From NCBI GenBank assembly GCA_963745025.1, contig CAVUWD010000006.1, forward strand, positions 32,001 to 96,000: 64,000 nt of DNA, in the 5' to 3' direction. How positions within the stretch are numbered: the first letter of the stretch is position 1; every line of letters begins with the position of its first letter. Shown in pieces: positions 31,429 through 41,438 of the stretch. Below the pieces are notes generated by a model, which saw nothing but the letters and a program-made list of their open reading frames with translations, was not told where the DNA came from and made no database searches. A program made the translations under genes and the position numbers. This stretch comes from an uncultured delta proteobacterium (GTDB lineage: Bacteria; Desulfobacterota; Binatia; JACPRU01).

Positions 31429-33615
31429 GTGAAACACATCGCGCTCGGCGCAGACGTCGGAAATCCGAGTCACGGCCAGAGGCCGGCTGAGGAGCGTTAC
31501 TTCATGGCCCTGGACGCCGGCGGCACGATGACGGACTGCGTGATCATCGACGACGCCGGGCGCGTGAGCCTCGGCAAGGCGCTCACCGATTGCGCCGACG
31601 AATCGACGAGCTTCCTCGACTCCGCGCGTGATGCCGCTGCCTACGGAAGCCTCGATCTCCGCGGGGTGTTCTCTCAGGCGAGCTCGATCATCTACGCGGG
31701 CACGATCATGCTGAACACGATCCTCTCTTACTCGGGCCAGCGCGTCGGCCTCCTCGTCACGCAGGGGATGGAGGACTATCTCACCCAGCAGCGCGCGGAA
31801 GGGTCGTGGCTCGGCCTCAGCTACGCGGACCGACTGCACTCGGTGACGCACTACAACAAGCCGCCGTACGTGCCGAGACGAAGGATCCGCGGGGTACGCG
31901 AGCGCACCGACATGACCGGCCGAGCGGTGATCCCGCTTCGCGACGAAGAGGTCAGCCGCCACGTCGCCGAGCTGCTCGGCGAGGGGATCCAAGCGCTCGG
32001 CATCGTCTTCGTCTTTGCATCGCTGAACCCTGCGCATGAAAAGCGGGCGAAATCGATCGCCGAAGCGATGGTTCGGGAGCGTGGCCTCGACGTCGCGGTC
32101 GTCACCTCCTCGGAGCTCGTACCGACGTTGAAGGAGTACACCCGTCTGACGAGCGTCGTTCTGCAGACCTACGCGGCGGAGCCGTCGCGCAAACAGTTCC
32201 AGCGCGTAGATGCGCGCGCCAAGGAGCAGGGCTTTCGCGGCGAGGTGCAGACCCTGCTCGCGCACGGAGGGGTCGCCGACATCAGTCACCCGCGTCTCTA
32301 CGAAGCCTTCGTCGCCGGTCCCATCGGCGGAATCCTCGGGGCGAAGTACGTCGGTGACGTGCTCGGCCTCGAGAACATCGTGGCCACCGACGTCGGCGGC
32401 ACGAGCTTCGACGTCGGCATCATCCGCCAGGGCGCGATCCCGGTGGAGCGCGAGCCAGTGCTGCTCCACAACCGGGTCAGCCTGCCGATGATTCACACGG
32501 TCTCGATCGGCGCCGGCACGGGGAGCGAGCTAGCGGTGAACCCGATCACCCACCGTCTCGAGATCGGCCCGAAGTCGGCGGGGCCCGACACCGGCCGCTG
32601 CTATCGGCATCCGCGGCCGACGATCAGCGACTGCAACGTCGCGCTCGGCTATTTAAATCCGGACTTCTTTCTCGGCGGCACCGTGAAGCTCGATCGCAGC
32701 CGGGCCATCGATGCGGTCTCCGCGCTCGCTGCCGAGTTCGGCAAGGACCCTTACGAGTTTGCCGCGGGTATCCTCGATGTTCTCCACGAGACCATGCGCC
32801 AGCACGTGACCAGTATGATTCTCGGCCGGGGATACGACGTCCGCGAGTATTCACTCTTCGCATACGGCGGCGGCGGGCCGATGCACCTTTGGGGCTACCA
32901 GCGCGGCATGGAGTTTCGAAGCGTCGTGACGTTCCCCTTCGCGGCCGTCTTCTCGGCCTTCGGGGTCCTCACCACCGACAGGATCTACCGCTATCACAAG
33001 GGAGTGATGGCGGCGTGTCCGCCGGGGGACGACGCCGTGTCGCGCGGCATCAAGGAGACGGCGGTCGATTCTCTGAACGCGGCCTGGGAAGATCTTCGCA
33101 GCCGGGCGCTCACCGATCTCGCGAAGAAGGGGCTCGACGAGCGCGACGTCGCGTTCCAACACTACGCCTACGTGCGCTACGGAACGCAGATCAACGATTT
33201 CGAGGTGCCGTTGCCGTTCGGACGGATCGACTCCGTCGCCGACCTTTCGCGCGTCGTCGAAGCCTTCGAGCGCGTCTACACCTCCCTCTACCCGAAAGCG
33301 GGGTGCTATCCCGAGGCGGGATACCTCATCATGGAGGTTGCGCTGAGCGCAGCCGTGCCGACGCCGCGCCCGCACCTGCCGCGGCTCGAGCTACGCGGCG
33401 AGCGGCCCTCGGAGGCCGCGCGCAAGGGACAGCGGCGCGTGTGGTGGTCGGGGGAATGGTTGCCCTTCCAGATACTCGACATGGAGCGCGTCGAGGCAGG
33501 GAACGTCGTGCCCGGACCAGCGATCTTCGAGGATCCGGCGACGACGCTCGTCGTTCCGCCGGGCCGGCGGGCGCGCTTCGACGACCGGCGGTTCATCTGG
33601 TTCGAAGCGTGCTGA
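31429..33615 (+). CDS. acxA: Acetone carboxylase-like beta subunit (hydantoinase A/oxoprolinase family)
   Basis: DAGGTMTD, YSGQRVGLLVT, DRLHSVTH, TDVGGTSFD, GGGGPMH. Confidence 0.85.
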   Translation: MKHIALGADVGNPSHGQRPAEERYFMALDAGGTMTDCVIIDDAGRVSLGKALTDCADESTSFLDSARDAAAYGSLDLRGVFSQASSIIYAGTIMLNTILSYSGQRVGLLVTQGMEDYLTQQRAEGSWLGLSYADRLHSVTHYNKPPYVPRRRIRGVRERTDMTGRAVIPLRDEEVSRHVAELLGEGIQALGIVFVFASLNPAHEKRAKSIAEAMVRERGLDVAVVTSSELVPTLKEYTRLTSVVLQTYAAEPSRKQFQRVDARAKEQGFRGEVQTLLAHGGVADISHPRLYEAFVAGPIGGILGAKYVGDVLGLENIVATDVGGTSFDVGIIRQGAIPVEREPVLLHNRVSLPMIHTVSIGAGTGSELAVNPITHRLEIGPKSAGPDTGRCYRHPRPTISDCNVALGYLNPDFFLGGTVKLDRSRAIDAVSALAAEFGKDPYEFAAGILDVLHETMRQHVTSMILGRGYDVREYSLFAYGGGGPMHLWGYQRGMEFRSVVTFPFAAVFSAFGVLTTDRIYRYHKGVMAACPPGDDAVSRGIKETAVDSLNAAWEDLRSRALTDLAKKGLDERDVAFQHYAYVRYGTQINDFEVPLPFGRIDSVADLSRVVEAFERVYTSLYPKAGCYPEAGYLIMEVALSAAVPTPRPHLPRLELRGERPSEAARKGQRRVWWSGEWLPFQILDMERVEAGNVVPGPAIFEDPATTLVVPPGRRARFDDRRFIWFEAC

Positions 33616-33637
33616 GGCAGAAAAGGAGTTCGCCACC

Positions 33638-35806
33638 GTGACAGCTTCGCACCATTCTCTACGCGATCTTCTCGAGGAGAGCGAGCGGCTGTATCGCGAA
33701 ACGGGATGCTACCGGGGCATCCGCGAGCTCGAGATCGCGCGCGGGGCGCCGCTCGAGTACGAGCGGCTGCACTCGCGGCTCCTCTCGACGGTGATCTCGA
33801 CGCGCGAGACCGTCAAGCACATCGCCGCCTCCCCCGGGACTCGCGAGGTCGGCGAGTTCGTGATCGCGCTTTACACGCCCGAGGGGGACGCCATCGCGCT
33901 GTCGACCGGGATTATGGTCCACGTGCATACGCTCTCGGAGTTCATCAAGTTCGTAATTCGCGAGGGCTACGAGGACGACCCGCGAATCCGCCCCGGCGAC
34001 ATCTTCGAGAACAACGAGTCGTGGGCCGGCGGCGTGCACACCCCCGACGTGCAAACCATCACGCCGATTTTCCACGTAGGCGAGCTGGTCGGCTGGGTCG
34101 GCAGCGTCACACACGAGCTCGAAACCGGCACCGTAGAGGGTGCGGGAGTGGTTCTCATGCAGGCGGAGCGCTTTGGCGAGGGGCTGCACGTGAGCGCCGA
34201 GAAGGTCGGCGAGAACGACGACTACCGCCGAGATTACCTGGTGCGCCTGCGAATGAACCTGCGCCACCCCGACTGGTGGATCCTCGACGGCAAGTCCAAG
34301 CTCGCCGGCATGATCATGGTGCGCGAGGCGGTGCTCAAGGTGATCGAGGAGTTCGGCCTCGACTTCTACCGCCGGGCGACACGCGAGCTGATCGAGGAGG
34401 GGCGGCGGAGCTTCCTCCGCCGCGTGCGCCGGACCTGCATTCCCGGTCGCTACCGCGCCACGCACCACCAGGTCTTCCGCTTCGCGAACGCACCGTATGT
34501 TCACCCCTTCGCCCGCAAGAACATGGGCCAGCTCGTGCCGATCGCCATCGATGTCGGGCGTGACGGGTCGCTCAGCATGGATTTTGAGGGGGCAAGCCGG
34601 TGGGACTTCCACCCGTACAACTGCACGCCGTCCGCGATGAACGGCGGCCTGTGGATCGCGCTCGTCCAGGTACTTGCCTACGACGGCCGCGTGAACGACG
34701 GTGCTTACCATGCCGTCCGCCAGAATCTTCCGAAAGGCTCGGTCGTGAACACGGACTATCCGGCCGCGGGCACCTCGATGAGCTGGTGGACGCTGATCCC
34801 GCTGTACAGCAACTGGGTGCGCCTCATGTCGATTGGCTTCTTCGCGCGCGGCTTCGTCGAGGAGGTCTTTCAAGGCACGCCGACGGAGGTCTTCAACAGC
34901 GCCGGCTTCGACCGGCTCGGGCGACCGACCGGAGTGTCGAACTTCGAGGCCGCGGCAGGGAGCTCGGGCGCACGTGCTGTGTGGGACGGGATCGACCACA
35001 GCCACCAACTCTGGAACCCCGAAGCCGTCGCCTCCGACATCGAAGTGTGGGAGATGGTGATCCCGAAAATCTACCTGGGCCGCGGCCTCTCGCGCGACCG
35101 TCACGGCATGGGCCGGTTCCGTGGCGGGACGAGCTGGGAGTCGGTTTACGCAATCCACGACACGTCGATGATGACTGTGATCATGGGAGGCGTGGACCAA
35201 GGCGGGATCGTCTTCCAGAAAGGGCTTTTCGGCGGCTACCCGAGCCCCGGACCCAGGTTTTTCTATGCCAAGGACACCAACCTCGCGGACCTCGTCGAGG
35301 CGGGAAGTGATTTGCCCCGTTCGATCGTCGAGTGCGAGCGCTGGCTCGCCGATGGAACACTCCGGGCGAAGCAGTTCGAGTTTTCCACTGGCCCCGTGTG
35401 GTCGCCCGCGCTGAAGGACGGCGATCTCGCCGGTCTCTACTATACGGGCGGAGCGGGCTACGGCGATCCGCTCGAGCGCGACCCCAGCCGGGTTCTCGAC
35501 GACCTTGAGATGGGCATCGTGTCCGCGGAGTTCGCGCGCAAGGCTTATGGTGTCGTACTGGGCATGGAGGGAGGCAGACACGTCGTGGACGCCGAGGCGA
35601 CCGAGACGCTGCGCGAGGAGCGCCACCGCGACCGGCTCGCGAGGGCCGTCCCGGTCGAGCAATGGTGGCACGAGGCGCGCGAGGCTGCGCGCCGACCCGA
35701 GGTCGAGGACGTGATCGTCGACATGTACCGAAAGTCGGCCGAGCTCTCCGCGAAGGTGCCCAAGGAATATCGAGAGTTCTGGCAGATCGAAGAGTGGCCC
35801 TACTGA
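33638..35806 (+). CDS. acxB: Acetone carboxylase-like alpha subunit (hydantoinase B family)
   Basis: IAASP, STGIMVHV, VHTPD and VTHE metal-ligand motifs, GGAGYGDPLERD. Confidence 0.85.
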   Translation: MTASHHSLRDLLEESERLYRETGCYRGIRELEIARGAPLEYERLHSRLLSTVISTRETVKHIAASPGTREVGEFVIALYTPEGDAIALSTGIMVHVHTLSEFIKFVIREGYEDDPRIRPGDIFENNESWAGGVHTPDVQTITPIFHVGELVGWVGSVTHELETGTVEGAGVVLMQAERFGEGLHVSAEKVGENDDYRRDYLVRLRMNLRHPDWWILDGKSKLAGMIMVREAVLKVIEEFGLDFYRRATRELIEEGRRSFLRRVRRTCIPGRYRATHHQVFRFANAPYVHPFARKNMGQLVPIAIDVGRDGSLSMDFEGASRWDFHPYNCTPSAMNGGLWIALVQVLAYDGRVNDGAYHAVRQNLPKGSVVNTDYPAAGTSMSWWTLIPLYSNWVRLMSIGFFARGFVEEVFQGTPTEVFNSAGFDRLGRPTGVSNFEAAAGSSGARAVWDGIDHSHQLWNPEAVASDIEVWEMVIPKIYLGRGLSRDRHGMGRFRGGTSWESVYAIHDTSMMTVIMGGVDQGGIVFQKGLFGGYPSPGPRFFYAKDTNLADLVEAGSDLPRSIVECERWLADGTLRAKQFEFSTGPVWSPALKDGDLAGLYYTGGAGYGDPLERDPSRVLDDLEMGIVSAEFARKAYGVVLGMEGGRHVVDAEATETLREERHRDRLARAVPVEQWWHEAREAARRPEVEDVIVDMYRKSAELSAKVPKEYREFWQIEEWPY

Positions 35807-35816
35807 GGAAGCCTCC

Positions 35817-36455
35817 ATGCAGAAGCGCAAGGAAGACGCTTACGAGCAGCATCACCCGCGGGAACTGATTCGCGACCTCGTCGCGCGCAAGCTCGACTGG
35901 CGGCAAATCAAGGAGATCCAGAGCGCCGAGAAGGACCCCGATCGCTTTGACAAGTACCTCTCCCTTCTGCAGGAACGCATGCCCTGGCCGGACACGATCC
36001 TGCTGCCGATTCACGACCATCTCTTCATCGTCGCCAACGACCGCGGGGTGCTGACCAAGACTCTGTGCGGGCAAGAGCTCGGCGACTGGCGCGAAAACTG
36101 GAAGCTTCGTGTGCTGATCCACGTGCGAAGGACCCGCCAGGAGCTGCTCGAGGTCTACGCCGAGAATGTGACGCTCGACCCGACGGTCGTCGAGCTGCGC
36201 GAGTTCATCTGCCCCGGCTGCGGGACGCTTCTCGACGTCGACGCGGTGCCGCCGCATTATCCGGTCGAGCGGGACTTCTTCCCCGATCTGCGGACCTTCT
36301 ACGAAGATTGGCTCGGGCGGGAGCTTCCCGTCGACGTCGGCGACTACGAGGAGCGCTCCGCAGAAGTCCTACGCACGTGGGCGCGCGGGAGTCGCGATGC
36401 TTCTCGGGTGCGGCCAGCCGGGTCAGCGCCTCACAGCCCGCGCGGCTCTTCGTAA
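35817..36455 (+). CDS. acxC: Acetone carboxylase gamma subunit
   Basis: KDPDRFDKYL, NWKL, REFICPGCGTLL, DFFPDL. Confidence 0.88.
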   Translation: MQKRKEDAYEQHHPRELIRDLVARKLDWRQIKEIQSAEKDPDRFDKYLSLLQERMPWPDTILLPIHDHLFIVANDRGVLTKTLCGQELGDWRENWKLRVLIHVRRTRQELLEVYAENVTLDPTVVELREFICPGCGTLLDVDAVPPHYPVERDFFPDLRTFYEDWLGRELPVDVGDYEERSAEVLRTWARGSRDASRVRPAGSAPHSPRGSS

Positions 36456-36847
36456 CCTTTTCTGCATCTCGCCGTTCGCGGGCGGCACCATCTGGGGGAA
36501 AAAAAAGAAAGGGTGGGCGACCGAGAGAACGATGAAGTCCTCTCGGTCGTGTTCTCGGTAGGCGGAATTGCCGGAACGAGATTCCGAGCGAACGCTCGCG
36601 ACTGCGAATCGCGCGAGGCTGGCGGGCCTCGGAGAGATACTCGCGTAGGTCGATATCAAATGGACCCGTCCCGCACGAAGTAGCTGCCACACGCGAAGTA
36701 CGCCGCCTTAAGTCTCGTTTCTGCATCTGGTCCTTTGCAGGCACATGATCGCGGCGCGGAATCGCGGCCGGTCCGTCGGTTACGCGATGGTGGCGCGCGG
36801 TGGTTACGCGGCTTCTCCCCTCTGCGGCCGCGTGTTACCTTCATGGA

Positions 36848-38187
36848 ATGCGAACCCGCATCCTGCGGATCGTCGCTCTCTCCGTGATCGCGCTCGCCGT
36901 TCCGCCCCGCGCCTTGGCCGAGCTCCCGCCCGTCGGAACAGTCGTCAACAAGGACAACGCCGAGAAGTACGGCGAGGTGCTGAACCCGACACAGCAGTAC
37001 ATGCTGAAGCACGGCGCCACGATGCCGGTCACCGAGTACCGCAAGTACGAGTGGCCGCCGGAGTACCAGGAAGCGACGGAGAAGTACTCGAGCCAGGTCC
37101 GCCTGAGCCCGGACGGCCGCGACATCGTCAACTACGTGGTCGGCGCGCCGTTCCCGCTCGTCGACGAGAACGACCCGCAGGCGGGCGCGAAATGGATGTG
37201 GAACCACGAGCAGGGGCCGAAGTACACCGACAACGTCGGCATCGGCTGGAACGTGGAGCTCGTCAACGACCGCGGCGAGCGCGAGCGCTTCTTCGGCTCG
37301 AACTTCTGGCGGCGCATGATGTGGCGCGGCCGGATCGTGCTCGATCCGAAGCCCGTCGTGCCGCACGATCCCGCAATCGGCTACTACCGAGCAGTGGGGG
37401 CCGCTGCACGACCCGAACGACCTGAAGGGCGCGGGCGCGCTCAACTTCCGCTACGTCTCGCCCGACGTGCCCGACGATACCTACTTCTATGTCCCGGAGC
37501 TGCGGAAGGTGCGCCGGATGTCGGTGGCGAACCGCTCCGACGCGTTCTGGGGGACCGACATCGACATCGACTCGATCTGGACGTGGAACTCGAAGCTCTC
37601 GTTCTGGACCTTCAAGTACCTCGGCACGCACAAGCAGCTCACGCGCGTTCCACTCGGGCGGCTACGGGCAGCGCGACGCGCTCTGCGCCCAGCCGGACGG
37701 CGCGTCGGGGATCAAGCCTTCTTCTGCTGCTTGAACCACGAGCTGCGCGACATCGTGATCGTCGAGGGCACGCCGACCGGCTTCAGCCAGTACGCGTTCA
37801 GCAAGCGCATCGTATACATCGACAAGGAGTCGCTGATGGCCCAGTTCAACGAGGGCTACGACCAGGGCGGCCAGCTGTGGAAGACGCTGGTACATGTACA
37901 GCGACGCGGGGAAGTCGCCGCACGACATCGAGCGCCAGCCCGACGGTTCGATCAAGGTCGTCCCGACCAAGACGGTGAATCCGCCGTCGCACGCGCACGA
38001 GCGCGTCGGCGCCTACCACGGCGGCGTGGTGGACATGCAGCTGAATCACGCCTCGAAGTGGGACGCGCCGGACGCCTACCTCTATCCCAATCCCGGCGTG
38101 GGGCACGGTTACGTGGACGAGCCGCGCGACTGGAACACCCCCGACACCTTCACGATCAACTACTTGATCAAGAGCGCGGGCTTCTAG
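36848..38187 (+). pseudogene. DUF1329-like periplasmic protein with about four single-base indels
   Basis: Signal peptide, GAPFP, YVPELRKVRR, YDQGGQLWK; frame changes near 37386, 37644, 37716 and 37887. Confidence 0.75.
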
Positions 38188-38383
38188 CGGAGCGGCGGCG
38201 TCCTTCTACGGCCCGTGCTCGGCGAAGGCGCTGAACTTGCCGTCTCGCGCGACGGCGAAGGCCTAGAGGTGACCGAGTCCTCGCGGCGGCGGGAACACCA
38301 TCACCACCATCACCCCAAGCCAGTTGACGAGTGCCTTGCACGCCCCATAGAAACGGGCGTTCCGAACGAGAGGGGCGTCCCGG

Positions 38384-38439
38384 GCGTCTGAGATGGACCC
38401 CTCTATGTAGCTTTCCGGCCCTTGTAGCCGCTATCCCCC
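38384..38439 (+). repeat. oriIS-like dispersed repeat (copy 3)
   Basis: GCGTCTGAGATGGACCCCTCTATGTAGCTTTCCGGCCCTTGTAGCCGCTATCCCCC. Confidence 0.8.
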
Positions 38440-38668
38440 AGCGTCGGAGAAACCGGACGATCTTGATGTGCTAGAAATCCCTCGCCCCGACGCGAGTGGA
38501 TAGGGCGTATGAACGTTCGAAGAAATTTGCCGGTTTCGAGCTTTTGGATCTAGTCAGAAGGCGGCTCTGTAGATAAAGACCTTCGGTGCGCCGGGGGCTC
38601 GGCCCCAGAACTGTCGTAGAGCACTCGAGTCCCCGTCATCGTTTGGTATCGTTCGCGTGCGCTGACCG

Positions 38669-39996
38669 ATGGCCTTCGTGATCCAGAAACTCGTCCTTCC
38701 CGTCCTCTGCTTCGCTCTAGCATTCCATCTCATCAGCACGTACGAGCGTCGCCGCGGTTCGGCTTCGGACTCCGATGCGACGATCGGTCAGGCTTTCGCG
38801 CTCACTGCACTGATCATCTTCGCGCTCTATGGAGCAGTCCCTCAGCTGTGGCCCTCCGCGGCGCAGCTTCTCACGCTCTTCGTTCTCCTGCTCGGCGCAT
38901 CGCAGCTCTACTTCTCGCTCCGGCGGGGTATCGGTTCGGCCCATTGAGTGCGGGAACGTCCAACGGCCGGAGCGTTCTCGTTATCGGAAGGAGCGCTGTG
39001 GTGCTGGCGGCGGCACGTGAAATCGAGCGCAGCGGCTACACCGTTGTTCGCTACTCGGGGCGCAACGGGGATGGAAGCTCGGGACAGTCGCTCCGTACGC
39101 TCGCGAGAGCCTCCGAGGTAGTCGCGGAAACGAAGATCGTGCGGATCATCGTGGGCCTGCGCTCCTCCGCCGAGGAGCTCCCGCTGCGCCAGCTACTCGA
39201 GCAACGGCTCGGTGGCGTCCCGGTGGAGACAGGCCACGAAGCGTATGAACGCCTGACTGGCAAGATCTTCCTCGATGAGAGAACGCCGCTGCATCTGCTG
39301 GTCTCGCACGCGTGTCTGAGCAGCCGTCTCTACGGCAGGATGAAGCGATGCGTGAGCGCGATCGTGGCCGCCGTGGCGTTGGTGCCGGCTCTCCCGGTGA
39401 TGGCGCTCATCGCTCTGTCCATCCATTTGGCCGACAAAGGGCCCGTACTCTTCGTCCAGGAGCGCGTAGGGCTGCATGGTCGGCCCTTTCGCCTGCTGAA
39501 GTTCCGCACCATGGGCGACAAGAAGGACACCTCCTCGGAATGGGAGCGGGACAACGAAAATCGCATCACCCCACCCGGCCGATGGCTGCGAAAGCTCCAC
39601 CTCGATGAGTTGCCCCAGCTCTGGAACATCTTGCGCGGGGACATGGAACTCGTCGGTCCCCGCCCGCATCCGGTCTCGAACTACGAGCTGTTCGCTCGCT
39701 CGATTCCGTACTACTCCCTCCGTTCCCTCGTCCGGCCCGGACTCACCGGGTGGGCCCAGGTGCGACAAGGCTACGCCCACGACCTCACGGGCGAGATCGA
39801 GAAGATGCGCTACGACCTCTGTGCGATCGCCCGACCGTCGCTTCGGCGCGACCTGTGGGTGCTTCTCGCGACCACGAAGATTCTTCTGCTGGGTCATCCG
39901 CTCGGAGGCGAGGCGGCGCGGACTGCCGAGAAGGCGGAGCGCGACGACAGCGTCGCCATTCCATTAATGATCCCCCGGCAAAGCCGGGGGAATTGA
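38669..39996 (+). CDS. Priming sugar transferase (polyprenyl glycosylphosphotransferase), probable frameshift near 38930
   Basis: TM N-terminal ORF 38669-38947, then FVQERVG, KFRTM, LDELPQLWNILRGDMELVGPRP, RPGLTGWAQV. Confidence 0.8.
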
Positions 39997-40240
39997 AGAT
40001 GTGAGCCGCTCAAAGCGGCTGGTCTGGGGGCCGCTCACGAGCGGCCGGTCATGCGCCGCCTGATGGCGGCGGGCGGCTACAGCAAGTTCAACTGGTCGAG
40101 GCGCTTGTCCTCTCGTCCATGGATAGGAACTCCCTTTCGTGTGCTTTGACCGGCTCACGGAGGGGAGTTCCATTCTCATGCTTCCGGAATTGTCAAACTT
40201 CGGCGGCCTCCCCGGCACAGTCGGGGGGACTCTCCTGATG
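39966..40240 (-). mobile_element. Internally deleted IS200-family miniature element
   Basis: Sub-terminal hairpins TCCCCCGGC-AAA-GCCGGGGGA and CTCCCCGGC-ACA-GTCGGGGGG; tnpA reduced to MDE joined out of frame to EDKRLDQLNLL-stop. Boundaries approximate. Confidence 0.75.
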
Positions 40241-40353
40241 TACTAGGCCGACGTGCTCAATTCCCACTTAACCGCGCGCGCCCTCAGTGCGCCAAACGCC
40301 AGAACGAAGCATGGTGTTCGTCCTGGCGCGCAAAGCGGAGGTGAGGCTCGTGC

Positions 40354-41115
40354 TTATAGAAGGTCTTTCAGGATGCGACCGTGTCCGAGCACGGCGTCGA
40401 ATGTCCCTGAGTAGCAGCCCAGCACTTCCAGCACCGGCAGCTTGTACCAGGGATCGACCGCCGACGGCGCGTCGTGGTGCAGCGAACCCGGGCCCGTCCA
40501 GATGTCGGGCAGACCGTTCGAACCCATGTGCGGTACGAGGTCCAGAGAACTGCCGATGAGCTGCGCCAGCGCCGGGCGTTTCGCCTCGGTGGCGCAGGGG
40601 ATGACCTTGAGCGAGATGCTCGGCGTGAGCTGGAAATCCTCGGTGCGGACCGGTGTGACATTGCGCATCACGGCCGTCATCAGCCGATTGCCGGTCGGGC
40701 GTTCGACCAGACCCATCATCACTTCGCTTTCGTGGCGTACTTGGATGTGCGCGAGCTTCTTGGCGAAGCCCCAGATTTCGCGGCCGCCGATCAAGGGTGC
40801 TTCGTTGTCGGTGAAGAGCGCCGGGTAGTAGCTGTACACCTGCCCCTCGAAGCGCGCTCGAATCGAGATCATGGCTTCGTGATAGGGGCCGAAGGTCGAG
40901 GCGCCGTAATGGGCCAGAATCACCGTGGCGGTCGCGGGACCGTCCAGCTCCAGATCTTCCGGCAGCCAGGCCGCCGCCGCATCGTCGTCGGTGCGGTAGG
41001 TGATGAACATCATCTCCATGTGGCGGTAGTAGAATGGCGGCTTCTGCACCGCTTCGCCGGTGACCGGCATGGTGGCGCCGTAGTGATCGAGCTTCAGTTG
41101 TCCTTTGCGTGCCAT
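40354..41115 (-). CDS. Acetoacetate decarboxylase family protein
   Basis: YRTD, GPYHEA, GGREIWGFAKKLA Schiff-base Lys motif. Confidence 0.88.
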   Translation of the reverse strand: MARKGQLKLDHYGATMPVTGEAVQKPPFYYRHMEMMFITYRTDDDAAAAWLPEDLELDGPATATVILAHYGASTFGPYHEAMISIRARFEGQVYSYYPALFTDNEAPLIGGREIWGFAKKLAHIQVRHESEVMMGLVERPTGNRLMTAVMRNVTPVRTEDFQLTPSISLKVIPCATEAKRPALAQLIGSSLDLVPHMGSNGLPDIWTGPGSLHHDAPSAVDPWYKLPVLEVLGCYSGTFDAVLGHGRILKDLL

Positions 41116-41135
41116 GGTGACTCCCTTTTGAAAGA

Positions 41136-41168
41136 GGATATCGCCTAAGAGGGCCGGAAAGCTACATA
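41136..41168 (-). repeat. oriIS-like dispersed repeat (copy 4)
   Basis: Plus strand GGATATCGCCTAAGAGGGCCGGAAAGCTACATA, 20 nt upstream of the decarboxylase ATG. Confidence 0.7.
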
Positions 41169-41438
41169 TGTTGACGGCGTTCTGTGATGCGGGCGGTGGG
41201 ACCTCGCTGCTGGACGATCAGCCGGATGCTCGGCCCTCCGCGCAGACCAGGCGAGCTCGATCGTCCCGGCGGCCGGAATCACGAAGCCTGCTCGACGGTA
41301 GCGCCTTGCTCGAAAAGCGGCCATCAAGCCTTCTGATAGGCCGAATTTCGCGGAACTAGTGCGCCGGTTCGGCGGACGGAGAGAAGCCCCGCTTGCATGG
41401 TGCGGGTCCCTCCGTTATCTCGCCAGCGGAGGTACGTG

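Noticed and set aside
38296-38316. CACCATCACCACCATCAC resembling a His-tag
   Set aside because: Not in a supported ORF and no vector context; treated as low-complexity sequence.
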